From the NCBI GenBank assembly GCA_029269845.2, contig CP149973.1, forward strand, positions 1,620,001 to 1,652,000: a DNA stretch of 32,000 nt, written 5' to 3'. Below the pieces are notes generated by a model. It was not told where the DNA came from and ran no database searches. It saw only the letters and a list, made by a program, of their open reading frames with translations. The translations under genes and the position numbers were made by a program. The stretch comes from Opitutia bacterium KCR 482. GTDB lineage: Bacteria; Verrucomicrobiota; Verrucomicrobiia; Opitutales; Intestinicryptomonadaceae. Shown piece by piece: positions 8,648-16,787 of the stretch. How positions within the stretch are numbered: position 1 is the stretch's first letter; each line of letters starts with the position of its first letter.

Positions 8648-8856
8648 GCCGAGCTACGGTATCGAGTTATTGCGCCGTCCGCGCCGCCCGACGTTTTGCC
8701 AAGCTCGTCCGTTGCCGTAGCAACCGCAGATTTCGGCGCGTCCGTTTTTGCTTGCGGAAAACGCGCAAAGGGCTTGAATACACAACCGCAACCGGCAAAT
8801 ACCCGCCGGCTGTTTTTGAAAATTTCAACCAAACAACAAACAATACAAGGAAAATT

Positions 8857-10065
8857 ATGTCGTTAATACTCCGCTCTAAATTGAGCATTATGATGTTCCT
8901 GCAATTCATGCTGGTGGCGTCCTTCTGGGTTCAGCTGTCGAGCTATCTCGATAAAATGCACGTCGAAGGTATAATGTTCGCGCTGATTATGTCCACAATG
9001 GCAATCGGCTCGATTTTCTCGCCGCTGGTCGGCATGTTCGCCGACAGGGTTGCAAACAGCGAAAAGGTTTTGTTCGTGCTGAACGCGCTCGTGGCGGTTT
9101 TGCTGCTCGCCGCGTATTTTACGGTCAACCCGACCATGATTTTCGTATGGCTCGTTTTGGCGATGTGCGCGTACATGCCCACATGGGGTCTTACGTCGTC
9201 GATTGCCATGGCAAACAGCACGCCGGAAGCGTTCCCGCTTATCCGCGTGTTCGGCTCGCTGGGCTGGGTTTGCGCGGCGGTTTTCGCGTTCGGGGCAAAA
9301 TTCTTCTTCGATGCTGTTATCGACGGCACGGCGGTTCCGCTCGCATGCGGCGCGGCGGTTGCGGCGGTTGCGGCGGTTTTCGCGCTCTTCCTCCCAGCGA
9401 CTCCCCCGAAGGCGAAAGGTGAACCGATGTCCGTTGCCGACGCGCTCGGACTTCGCGCGTTTGCAATGCTCAAAGACCGCAACGTTGCGATTTTCATGGT
9501 TTGCGTAATCGTCTGGACGGTGGCGTTCACAATTTACTGGATGTACGGTTCGTTCCTCGCGAGCCTCGGCGTAAAGAACATTACGCCCACGTTGAACGTG
9601 GGTCAGGTTTCGGAACTGCTTTTCATGGTTCTCATTCCCGTCGCCATTAAATGCATAGGCTTCAAGAACACGATGGGCTTGGGCATCTTGGCGATGTTCC
9701 TTCGCTACGTCATGAGCGCGTTCGCGCCCGAAGTCGGCGGACTCTACTGGGGCGCGATTGCAGTTCACGGCATAATCTTCGGCTTCTTCTTCGTAGCCGC
9801 GCAGATGTACATCGACAAAAAGGCGTCCGACGACATCAAGGCTCAGGCGCAGGGCTTGTACTTCTTCTTCTACGGCATCGCGCAGATTTTCGGCACGTTC
9901 TTCTCGACATGGCTGATTTCGCACTACACAAGCAACGCAATCGTCGCCGACGCCGTTCAGGCGAGCACAAGCTGGCAGTCGATTTTCTGGGTTGAAGCGG
10001 CAATTTCGGGCGCGCTGCTCGTGTTCTTCTACCTGTTCTTCAAGGACGACACGAAAAAGGCGTAA
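8857..10065 (+). CDS. MFS transporter, nucleoside:H+ symporter (NHS; NupG/XapB/YegT-like) family
   Basis: The internal ATG at 8857 has aagga upstream. MSLILRSKLSIMMFLQFMLVASFWVQLSSYL...SPLVGMFADR resembles the NupG/YegT N-terminus. About 12 hydrophobic segments. Confidence 0.85.
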   Translation: MSLILRSKLSIMMFLQFMLVASFWVQLSSYLDKMHVEGIMFALIMSTMAIGSIFSPLVGMFADRVANSEKVLFVLNALVAVLLLAAYFTVNPTMIFVWLVLAMCAYMPTWGLTSSIAMANSTPEAFPLIRVFGSLGWVCAAVFAFGAKFFFDAVIDGTAVPLACGAAVAAVAAVFALFLPATPPKAKGEPMSVADALGLRAFAMLKDRNVAIFMVCVIVWTVAFTIYWMYGSFLASLGVKNITPTLNVGQVSELLFMVLIPVAIKCIGFKNTMGLGILAMFLRYVMSAFAPEVGGLYWGAIAVHGIIFGFFFVAAQMYIDKKASDDIKAQAQGLYFFFYGIAQIFGTFFSTWLISHYTSNAIVADAVQASTSWQSIFWVEAAISGALLVFFYLFFKDDTKKA

Positions 10066-10084
10066 TTTGCGTATTTTGAATAGA

Positions 10085-10119
10085 AGAGCCTTCTCCTTTT
10101 GGGGGAGGCTCTTTTTTTG
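10085..10119 (+). terminator. Rho-independent terminator after the nucleoside transporter
   Basis: agagccttctcc-tttt-gggggaggctct, a 12-bp stem including G-U pairs, followed by a T7 run. Confidence 0.85.
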
Positions 10120-10178
10120 TTGCATTGACAGCCCGATTTGGTAAATTCGGCATTTTCATTAAAACAAGGAGAAGTACT

Positions 10179-10397
10179 TTGAGAGACGATTACATCAAAG
10201 AAGCACAGAAAATCATTCCCGACCCCAACATTCTCATCAATGTGGTATCGCGCCGCGTAAAACAGCTCAAAGCGGGGAGCGAGCCTACGGTTAATTCGTT
10301 GGAAAAGCTTGAGCTTGAAGATATTGCGCTGCTTGAAATAATCAGGGGCAATATAAGCTACGAACTCTTCTCGCCGCGCACGGATTCCGTAGAATAG
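10179..10397 (+). CDS. rpoZ: DNA-directed RNA polymerase subunit omega
   Basis: (M)RDDYIKEAQKIIPDPNILINVVSRRVKQLKAGSEP.. is RpoZ-like. TTG start at 10179 with AAGGAG 7 nt upstream. The TTG at 10125 listed in the ORF track is part of a TTGACA hexamer, and the 18 extra codons are not conserved-looking. Confidence 0.8.
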   Translation: MRDDYIKEAQKIIPDPNILINVVSRRVKQLKAGSEPTVNSLEKLELEDIALLEIIRGNISYELFSPRTDSVE

Positions 10398-10427
10398 GCT
10401 TCGTCGGCATTCGGATTGCGGCTGAAT

Positions 10428-10461
10428 CCGCGCGGCATTGCAAATTGCGGCGCGGTTTTTT
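10428..10461 (+). terminator. intrinsic terminator/attenuator between rpoZ and smpB
   Basis: ccgcgc(g)gcatt-gca-aa(t)tgc(g)gcgcgg followed by T6. It ends 11 nt before the smpB ATG. Confidence 0.6.
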
Positions 10462-10472
10462 GTTCGGACAAC

Positions 10473-10949
10473 ATGGCAAAGAAAGAATCGGAAAGAAAGG
10501 CAGTAGAGATTCGCAACCGCAAGGCGAGTCGCGACTTTTTCATAGGCGAAACTTTCGAGGCGGGCATCGCGCTTTCTGGCACGGAAATCAAGAGCCTGCG
10601 CGGCGCGCACGCCCAGATAAACGACGCCTTTGTGCGCGTAGACAACGGCGAGGCAATTCTCTATCAGGCGCACATTTCCGAATACGATTTCGGCAACATC
10701 AACAACCACAATCCGACCCGCCCGCGCAAACTGCTCCTCCACAAAAAGGAGATTCTCAAATTGAAGTCGGCGACCGATTCGGGGGGAACCGCGATTATCC
10801 CGCTTAAAATCTATTTCAAAAAGTCGCTCGCAAAGGTGCTGATAGCGGTCTGCACGGGCAAAAAACTCTTCGACAAGCGCGAGGCAATCAAGAAAAGCGA
10901 GGCGCAAAAGGAAGCGCGGCGGGCGATGTCGAACTTCAAACGCCGATGA
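10473..10949 (+). CDS. smpB: SsrA-binding protein SmpB
   Basis: The internal ATG at 10473 gives MAKKESERKAVEIRNRKASRDFFIGETFEAGIALSGTEIKSLRGAHAQINDAFV...NHNPTRPRKLLLHKKEI..., a canonical SmpB sequence. Confidence 0.95.
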   Translation: MAKKESERKAVEIRNRKASRDFFIGETFEAGIALSGTEIKSLRGAHAQINDAFVRVDNGEAILYQAHISEYDFGNINNHNPTRPRKLLLHKKEILKLKSATDSGGTAIIPLKIYFKKSLAKVLIAVCTGKKLFDKREAIKKSEAQKEARRAMSNFKRR

Positions 10950-11440
10950 AAAGCGAGAATCCGCCCGTACATATAATATTGCACAACCCGAAAATCCCGC
11001 AAAACACGGGGAATATCGGCAGAATGTGCTCGATAATCGGCGCGCGCCTGCACCTGATACACCCGCTCGGCTTCATCATTACGGACTCCAAATTGAAGCG
11101 CAGCGGCATGGACTATTGGTACGAGCTTGACGTTGTGCACCATAAAGACTGGGAGAGCTTCAAGGCGTCGCCGCTCGCGCCCGATTTGTCGCGCATCTGG
11201 CTTTTTACGACAAAGGGCGACAAATGCCTTTGGGACGCAAAATTCGAACACGGCGACGGGCTTCTGTTCGGCGCGGAGGATTGCGGCTGCCCGCAGCGCG
11301 TCCACGACGACCTCGACGGACGCCGCCTGAAAATTCCGCAGTTCGCGCCCAAACTGCGCTCGCTGAACCTTTCAACCTCCGCAGGAATCGCCGCATACGA
11401 GGCAATGCGGCAAATTACGCACGGAAACGGCGGCGTTTGA
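10946..11440 (+). CDS. trmL: tRNA (cytidine/uridine(34)-2'-O)-methyltransferase TrmL (SpoU/TrmH family)
   Basis: 164 aa, IILHNPKIPQNTGNIGRMCSIIGARLHLIHPLGF...KRSGMDYW...LLFGAEDCG...IP......RSLNLSTSAGIAAYEA. ATGA overlap with smpB. Confidence 0.9.
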   Translation: MKSENPPVHIILHNPKIPQNTGNIGRMCSIIGARLHLIHPLGFIITDSKLKRSGMDYWYELDVVHHKDWESFKASPLAPDLSRIWLFTTKGDKCLWDAKFEHGDGLLFGAEDCGCPQRVHDDLDGRRLKIPQFAPKLRSLNLSTSAGIAAYEAMRQITHGNGGV

Positions 11441-11603
11441 TTTCGGCTTCGCATTTTTTTCAATTCAGCCGATTTTTTTCGGCAAAACCAGAGTCGCGCG
11501 GCGGCAATTTGCCCATACATTCTCGCGCGATTTTGCGCGGATTTTCGCAATTTTGCCCGCATTCACGGCTGGTTTTTTTGTTGTGCGTTCGGAGTGCGGG
11601 CGC

Positions 11604-11631
11604 AAAAAAAGGCGCGTCGGGGAGACGCGCC
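11604..11631 (-). terminator. Rho-independent terminator ending the metX-metW-clpP-PepSY-like transcription unit
   Basis: On the minus strand: ggcgcgtc-tcccc-gacgcgcc followed by T7. It lies 28 nt downstream of the stop at 11659. Confidence 0.85.
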
Positions 11632-11658
11632 TATGTTCGGTTCGTTGCCGTGTTCGGG

Positions 11659-12096
11659 CTAATCCAAGCCGATAAAGATGAAGTTGGGGTCGAATTTAAG
11701 CCCCCTGCCGTTCGACAGCTCGATTTCGTAGCCCTTTGCGTCTTTTTCAATCTTTACAATCGGCAGTCCCTTGAAGTTTTCCTTGACGTACTGCCTGATT
11801 TTTTCGGGCACGAGGTCGGCGGGAACTGCCGATGTCTTCGCCTTGATTTCCTTCCAGTTGCCGTCGGCGTCGAATTCGATTTCCGTGCCGTCGGTATAGA
11901 CGATGTTATAGCCCTCGGTGATTGCGCCGAAGAGCATTGTATCGACCTGCGTCGACGCGAGCTGTTTGCCCTTGAAGTTTGCGTTTGCGAACTGTTGCGC
12001 CGCCTGCGGTATCGAGCCGAACGCCACTACTTTCTTTTCGGCGTTCGCGCAGACTGCGGCGAGGACGATTGCCAGAATTGCGGTTGTCTTTTTCAT
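11659..12096 (-). CDS. PepSY-like (DUF2874-type) secreted protein
   Basis: Signal peptide MKKTTAILAIVLAAVCANA. Two PepSY-like halves: ..IPQAAQQFANANF...YTDGTEIEFDADGNWKEI...VPADLVPEKIRQYVKENFKGLPIVKIEKDAKGYEIELSNGRGLKFD. Confidence 0.8.
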   Translation of the reverse strand: MKKTTAILAIVLAAVCANAEKKVVAFGSIPQAAQQFANANFKGKQLASTQVDTMLFGAITEGYNIVYTDGTEIEFDADGNWKEIKAKTSAVPADLVPEKIRQYVKENFKGLPIVKIEKDAKGYEIELSNGRGLKFDPNFIFIGLD

Positions 12097-12119
12097 TGCG
12101 GTGTCTTTCCTTTCTTGAA

Positions 12120-12710
12120 TTAAAGTTCGGTTATGATTCCGTCGGCGAGTCCGTAGTCTACGGCTTCCTGCGCGGTCATGAAGAAGTCGCGGTCGGTGTC
12201 GGCGGCGATTTTTTCGAGCGGCTGTCCCGACGCTTCGGCGAGGATTTTATTCAGCTCTTCGCGCATGCGTTCAAGCTCCATCGCCTGAATGTGCATGTCT
12301 ACCGCCGTTCCGCTCATTTCGCCCATAATCAGCGGCTGGTGAATCATCACGCGCGCGCTGGGGAAGAGGAAGCGTCTGCCTTTGGGGGCTGCGGAAAGCA
12401 GTATCGAGCCCATGCTCATGGCGATTCCCACGACCACCACCTTGACGGGAGCTTTGATGAGTTTCATGGTGTCGTAGACCGCCATGCCCGCGCTGATTGA
12501 GCCGCCGGGGGTGCTCATGTAGAGGGTGATTTCCTTATCGTGGTCGAGCATGTCGAGGTAGAGCAGCTTGCGCACTATGTCCGCCGAGCTTTCGTCGCTG
12601 ACTTCGTCCCAAAGGAATATTTTGCGCTCTTCAAGAAAACGCTTGTTGATTTCGTTGGCGAGCGGGTTTTTCTGCCCGTCGTTTTTTGTTTCGCATTCTT
12701 TTTCGTTCAT
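12120..12710 (-). CDS. clpP: ATP-dependent Clp protease proteolytic subunit, ClpP1-like paralogue type
   Basis: The internal ATG at 12710 overlaps the metW stop as ATGA. The Ser-His-Asp triad context is present (GIAMSMGS, VMIHQPL, DTDRDFFMTAQEA). The N-terminus (..NEINKRFLEERKIFLWDEVSDESSADIVRKLLYL..) lacks the canonical PMVIEQT.RGER.DIYSRLL axial-loop segment. From memory it resembles chlamydial ClpP1. Confidence 0.9.
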   Translation of the reverse strand: MNEKECETKNDGQKNPLANEINKRFLEERKIFLWDEVSDESSADIVRKLLYLDMLDHDKEITLYMSTPGGSISAGMAVYDTMKLIKAPVKVVVVGIAMSMGSILLSAAPKGRRFLFPSARVMIHQPLIMGEMSGTAVDMHIQAMELERMREELNKILAEASGQPLEKIAADTDRDFFMTAQEAVDYGLADGIITEL

Positions 12711-13339
12711 TGTTTTTTGTCTTTTAAAATTTCGAATATCGCGTAGCCCGACAGCAGATTCGGCAGGAGGGCGCATGGCGTTTCCCAGTCTCCCCTCAGA
12801 AAGTGGGAACGCGCTATGGTAATATCGTTTTCTTTGCAGAATTCTTTAAACGAATTTATGGAAATGGGATTCATGGGGCGGGCGGTGTCCCACCTTTCGG
12901 GGAAGACGTCGTTTACTATGCGCGAGCCTGTGAGCGCCATGTAGAGCCTGTTCCGCCAATAGGCGTGGTTGACGAAGCCCACGGCGACGCGCCTGCCCAC
13001 CCTCAACGCTTCGAACACGACTTCCCTTGCGTTTTCGAGTTCGGGGAGCGTGCGCGAGCAGATAATCCAGTCGAAGGAATCGTCGTCAAAGGCGGAGAGC
13101 AAATCCATTATGTCTCCGTGGTAGGCGTTGACGCCGCGCTTTATTGCGCGCGAGATTTTGTCGAAATCCGAATCGACCCCGACGCCGTAGATGTTCTTTT
13201 TCCGAGCAAGTTCGCTCAGCAGGATTCCCCTGCCGCAGCCGAGGTCGAGCACGCGTTCGCCGTCGGCAATCCATTCGCCGATTGCTTTAAGCTCTATCTT
13301 GCGCTTCGAGAGCGATTTTGTGTTTTTATTCTCCGACAT
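12707..13339 (-). CDS. metW: methionine biosynthesis protein MetW
   Basis: 210 aa with an SAM-methyltransferase-like fold (VLDLGCGRGILL) and the typical MetW tail. It overlaps the metX stop by 14 nt, the classical metXW arrangement. Confidence 0.9.
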   Translation of the reverse strand: MSENKNTKSLSKRKIELKAIGEWIADGERVLDLGCGRGILLSELARKKNIYGVGVDSDFDKISRAIKRGVNAYHGDIMDLLSAFDDDSFDWIICSRTLPELENAREVVFEALRVGRRVAVGFVNHAYWRNRLYMALTGSRIVNDVFPERWDTARPMNPISINSFKEFCKENDITIARSHFLRGDWETPCALLPNLLSGYAIFEILKDKKQ

Positions 13340-14489
13340 TCAAAAACGATTCCACCAAGTTGTAAAGTTTAGGAGAGTGAATCAGGAACGAGTCGTGCCC
13401 CAAGTCGCTCTTGATTTCCGCGTATGACGCCGTTTTGCCTATGCGCAGCAGCGCCTTGACTATCTCGCGGTTCTGTTTCGGCGGGAAGAGCCAGTCAGAC
13501 GTGAAGCCGACAACGAGCGTCCGCGCCTCGACGTTTTTAAACGCCGCCTCCAAGCTTCCGCCGTTTGTGCGCAGGTCGAAGAGGTCGAGGGCGCGGGTGA
13601 AGTAGAGGTATGTGTTGGCGTCGAACCTGTTGACGAAGCTTTGCCCTTGATAGTGCAGGTAGTTTTCTATCTCGAAAGACGGCTTGAAAATTTCGTCGCC
13701 CGCGATTTTTTTGTGTTCGCGCCCGAATTTGTCGTCAAGCCCCTTGTCGGAAAGGTAGGTGATGTGCGCCATCATGCGGGCGATTCCAAGCCCTACGCTG
13801 GGCACGCGGGCAAGCTCGTAGTTGCCGCCGTTCCAGACGGGGTCCTGCATAATCGCCGAACGCCCGACTTCGTTGAAGGCTATCGCCTGCGCGTTTTGGC
13901 GCGATGTCGTGGCGAGGGCGCAGATTTTTTCCATGCGGTCGGGAAAGTCAATCGCCCATTGTAGCGTTTGCATGCCGCCCATCGAGCCGCCGATAATCAT
14001 TGCAAGCTTTTTTATGCCCAAGTGCGACACAAGCCGCTCCTCCACCGCGACCATGTCGCGGATTGTGATTGCGGGGAATGTCAGGTTGTAGCGTTCGCCC
14101 GTTTGGGGGTTTATCGACGACGGCCCCGTCGTGCCGCGGCAGCCGCCTATGCAGTTCGAGCAGATGATGAAATATTTGTTTGTGTCGAGCGGCTTTTCCG
14201 GGCCTATGATGTTGTTCCACCAGCCCGATTTTCTGTCGAGCAGCGAATAGACGCCCGCGCAGTGGTGGTCTCCCGTGAGCGCGTGGCACACGAGAATCGC
14301 GTTCGACTTGTCCTCGTTGAGTCTGCCGTAGGTTTCGTAGCGGACGTTGAACGAGTCGAGCTGGCCGCCCAACTCGAAGTCGAGCGGGGTGTCGCAAAAG
14401 AAGTCGGCGCATTCGACAATACCGACGTCGCCGCCGTATTTTTCCCGATGAATGCCTGTGTCGGAGTCGTTCATATTATTGCCATACAT
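13326..14489 (-). CDS. metX: homoserine O-acetyltransferase MetX
   Basis: 387 aa alpha/beta hydrolase: ..NAILVCHALTGDHHCAG...GGSMGGMQ..(nucleophile elbow)...GHDSFL. ATG at 14489 with ggaag upstream. An alternative ATG at 14474 is possible. Confidence 0.92.
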   Translation of the reverse strand: MYGNNMNDSDTGIHREKYGGDVGIVECADFFCDTPLDFELGGQLDSFNVRYETYGRLNEDKSNAILVCHALTGDHHCAGVYSLLDRKSGWWNNIIGPEKPLDTNKYFIICSNCIGGCRGTTGPSSINPQTGERYNLTFPAITIRDMVAVEERLVSHLGIKKLAMIIGGSMGGMQTLQWAIDFPDRMEKICALATTSRQNAQAIAFNEVGRSAIMQDPVWNGGNYELARVPSVGLGIARMMAHITYLSDKGLDDKFGREHKKIAGDEIFKPSFEIENYLHYQGQSFVNRFDANTYLYFTRALDLFDLRTNGGSLEAAFKNVEARTLVVGFTSDWLFPPKQNREIVKALLRIGKTASYAEIKSDLGHDSFLIHSPKLYNLVESFLNVGE

Positions 14490-14530
14490 ACTTCCGATTT
14501 TTTCGAAAGCTTCAACACTTATTTATCGAC

Positions 14531-14559
14531 ATTATGGAACGAATTTTGCGCTTCCGCAA
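14531..14559 (-). promoter_or_regulatory. sigma70-like promoter candidate for metX
   Basis: Minus strand: TTGCGG, 17 nt, CATAAT. It would give a 5' UTR of roughly 35-40 nt. Hexamer matching only. Confidence 0.35.
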
Positions 14560-14637
14560 GCCGCCTTTTTTTGCCTTTTTGCGCAAGCTCGCGGAGGTCG
14601 GCTTGCAATTTCTTCAACTTGCGGCACATGCAAAAGC

Positions 14638-14720
14638 TACTCAGGACGGGACTCGAACCCGTACGACCGTAAAGTCAGCGGATTTTAAGTCCGCTGCGTC
14701 TACCATTCCGCCACCTGAGC
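14638..14720 (-). tRNA. tRNA-Leu (anticodon UAA), type II with long variable arm
   Basis: The minus strand folds by hand as GCTCAGG-TG-GCG(GAATGGTAGA)CGC-A-GCGGA(CTTAAAA)TCCGC-long variable arm-ACGGG(TTCGAGT)CCCGT-CCTGAGT-A. The 1:72 pair is G-U. CCA is not encoded. Confidence 0.92.
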
Positions 14721-14861
14721 AAAATTTCCCTCCGCCTGTCGCGGGGATTTTCCCGTAGCCGAAATTGCGGAGTAAACGCCGTATCGCGAAAAAATCGCCG
14801 TTTCGCGGGCTTCGGTGTCCGCCCGCAAGCCGCTTTTCGCAACATTCGGCATTGTCTGCTT

Positions 14862-14892
14862 CAAAAAATACGCCCTTGGTCTTGGGGCGTAT
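14862..14892 (-). terminator. intrinsic terminator downstream of tRNA-Val
   Basis: Minus strand: atacgccc-caagaccaa-gggcgtat followed by T6. Confidence 0.7.
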
Positions 14893-14921
14893 CGTTCGAA
14901 ATTATAAAAAAACTGCGGCAA

Positions 14922-14995
14922 TGGGGATACTCGGACTCGAACCGAGGACCCTCTGCGTGTGATGCAGATGCTCTAACCAACTGAGCTATATCCCC
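14922..14995 (-). tRNA. tRNA-Val (anticodon CAC)
   Basis: The minus strand forms a clean cloverleaf: GGGGATA-TA-GCTC(AGTTGGTTA)GAGC-A-TCTGC(ATCACAC)GCAGA-GGGTC-CTCGG(TTCGAGT)CCGAG-TATCCCC-A. CCA is not encoded. Confidence 0.95.
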
Positions 14996-15128
14996 TGACT
15001 ATCCGCCCATTCTTTCACATCGGCTTTGCGTTTGTCAAGTATCTTGATTGGCTTTGGCGCATTTTTTCGGCGCGGGGGCGGAAATTTTTGTGTTGAAATC
15101 GCGGCGCGGCGGCTCATTATCGTCGGGT

Positions 15129-15560
15129 ATGAGTAAAGAAATAGAAGAAGGTCTCAATTTGCAGCTCGATTTCACGAAGCTTAAAAAAATCGCGCAATGC
15201 TCCGAGGACGTAATCCCCGCAATCGCGCAATGCGCCGACACGGGCGAAGTTCTCATCGTCGGATACGTCAACAAGCTCGCCCTCGAAACGGCATTCAAAG
15301 AAGGCATGGCTACTTTTTGGAGCACTTCCAGAAACGAACTCTGGATTAAGGGCAAAACCAGCGGCGACTTCCTCAAACTCGTAGACGTTCTTGTGAACTG
15401 CGAGCAGAATTCGGTTGTCTATAAAGTCCGCATGGTCGGAAAAGGCTCGTGCCACACCAAGGACAAGTCCGGCAATCCCCGCCGCGGCTGCTACTACCGC
15501 AGAATAAAATTCGCCGACGGCAAGATTCAGGGACTTGAATTTCTCGACGGCATGGAATAA
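15129..15560 (+). CDS. hisI: phosphoribosyl-AMP cyclohydrolase HisI (monofunctional)
   Basis: The internal ATG at 15129 gives ..IPAIAQCADTGEVLIVGYVNKLALETAFKEGMATFWSTSRNELWIKGKTSGDFLKLVDVLVNCEQNSVVYKV...CHT.., a canonical HisI core. No HisE part is fused. Confidence 0.9.
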   Translation: MSKEIEEGLNLQLDFTKLKKIAQCSEDVIPAIAQCADTGEVLIVGYVNKLALETAFKEGMATFWSTSRNELWIKGKTSGDFLKLVDVLVNCEQNSVVYKVRMVGKGSCHTKDKSGNPRRGCYYRRIKFADGKIQGLEFLDGME

Positions 15561-15662
15561 ATTTTAGCTGGATTTTTCCGCATTTGCATACTATAAAGGG
15601 GGCAGTTTTTATGTCCGATACGTTTCGGATTTAAGCCCCGCAAAAACAACCACCAAACAGAT

Positions 15663-16787
15663 ATGAAGTTCAAAATCAACAAGGAACATTTTGTGACGGG
15701 TTTGCGTCAGGTCGCAAACGTCGTAAGCTCCAAACCGCCGAACGCAGTTCTCAACAACGTGCTCATCAAGGCAGAGGGCGACGTAGTGACCCTCACCACA
15801 ACAAACCTCGATTTGGGCATTCGCTGCTCAATCAAGGCGGAAGTCGAAAACGGCGGCGAAATTACGCTTCCCGTCAAGAAATTCGCGCAGATTGTGGGCG
15901 CGGCTCCCCAGCAGGAAATCACTTTCGAAAGCGACGACGGACAGACCGCAAAGGTGAAGTCGGGCGGCTTCTCCACAAAGCTCAACGGCCTCCGCGCGGA
16001 GGAATTCCCCGCGCTGCCGAGCTTCGTAGACCAGCACAGCTACGAGCTTCCCCCGCAGGAGCTTTTTAACATGCTCCGCTCCGTTTCCTACGCGAAAAGC
16101 TCCGACGAAAACCGCTACATCTTAAACAGCGTGTATTTCAACTTCTCCGAAGGAAAGCTCACTCTCGTTGCGACGGACGGCAAGCGCATGGCTCTCGTCT
16201 CGCGCGACATGAAGATAGAGCAGGAGGACGAAGGCAACGTCATTCTCCCCGCAAAGACCGTCGGCGAGCTTGAAAAGCTCCTCTCGCAGGGCAAGGTCGC
16301 AAAAATCAGCTTCAACGAACGTCAGGTTGCGTTCGACATCGACGTCGGCGGCGACGCCTCCGAAAACGGGCTTGTTGGGTCAATCTACCTCGTTTCGAAA
16401 ATCGTGGAGGGCAGCTACCCGAATTACAAGCAGGTAATTCCCAAAGAGGCGGAGCACAGAATCAAGGTTGACCGCGAGCTCATGCTCGAAACCGTCAACC
16501 GCGTTGCGATTCTCACGAGCGACAAGCAGAATTCGGTAAAGCTTACGATGTCCGAAAACTCGCTCGAAATCTCGACGCGCAGCGCGGAGGGCGACGCAAA
16601 GCAGGCTATCGAAATCGAATATTCGGGTCCCGAAGTACAAATCGGCTTCAACCCCGAATTCCTCAAACAGCCGCTTGGCAGCATTTCGAAAGACGAAGTT
16701 TTCTTCGAATTCAAGGACGAAATGAGCCCCGGAGTTTTCAAGACGCTCGACAACTTTATGTGCGTCGTAATGCCGCTTAGAATCTAA
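15663..16787 (+). CDS. dnaN: DNA polymerase III beta sliding clamp
   Basis: 374 aa, [53 protein letters not shown]...LPVKKF..., with three-domain clamp length and pattern. Confidence 0.95.
   Translation: MKFKINKEHFVTGLRQVANVVSSKPPNAVLNNVLIKAEGDVVTLTTTNLDLGIRCSIKAEVENGGEITLPVKKFAQIVGAAPQQEITFESDDGQTAKVKSGGFSTKLNGLRAEEFPALPSFVDQHSYELPPQELFNMLRSVSYAKSSDENRYILNSVYFNFSEGKLTLVATDGKRMALVSRDMKIEQEDEGNVILPAKTVGELEKLLSQGKVAKISFNERQVAFDIDVGGDASENGLVGSIYLVSKIVEGSYPNYKQVIPKEAEHRIKVDRELMLETVNRVAILTSDKQNSVKLTMSENSLEISTRSAEGDAKQAIEIEYSGPEVQIGFNPEFLKQPLGSISKDEVFFEFKDEMSPGVFKTLDNFMCVVMPLRI

Noticed and set aside
8648-8856. Purine, 2'-deoxyguanosine or ZTP riboswitch ahead of the nucleoside transporter.
   Set aside because: The conserved cores (UAUA...GAUAUGG...UUUCUACC...CCGUAAA for purine; GACUGGCG...CCGCCUGGGC for ZTP) are not present. 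Only a generic hairpin plus T-run was found, and that is reported separately at low interest.
14490-14637. SAM riboswitch upstream of metX.
   Set aside because: I could not find the SAM-I core (..GAGGGA..GCCC..GCAACC..) or a SAM-II/V-like AAAGCU pseudoknot. A promoter-like TTGCG G-17-CATAAT pair lies downstream of most of the helices. A short leader without an aptamer is therefore the simpler reading. This is flagged for cmscan rather than claimed.
14638-14995. tRNA-Leu and tRNA-Val as an integration hotspot for a genomic island.
   Set aside because: There is no integrase, no duplicated tRNA 3' end that I could see and no compositional break. The flanking genes (metX, hisI, dnaN) are core housekeeping.
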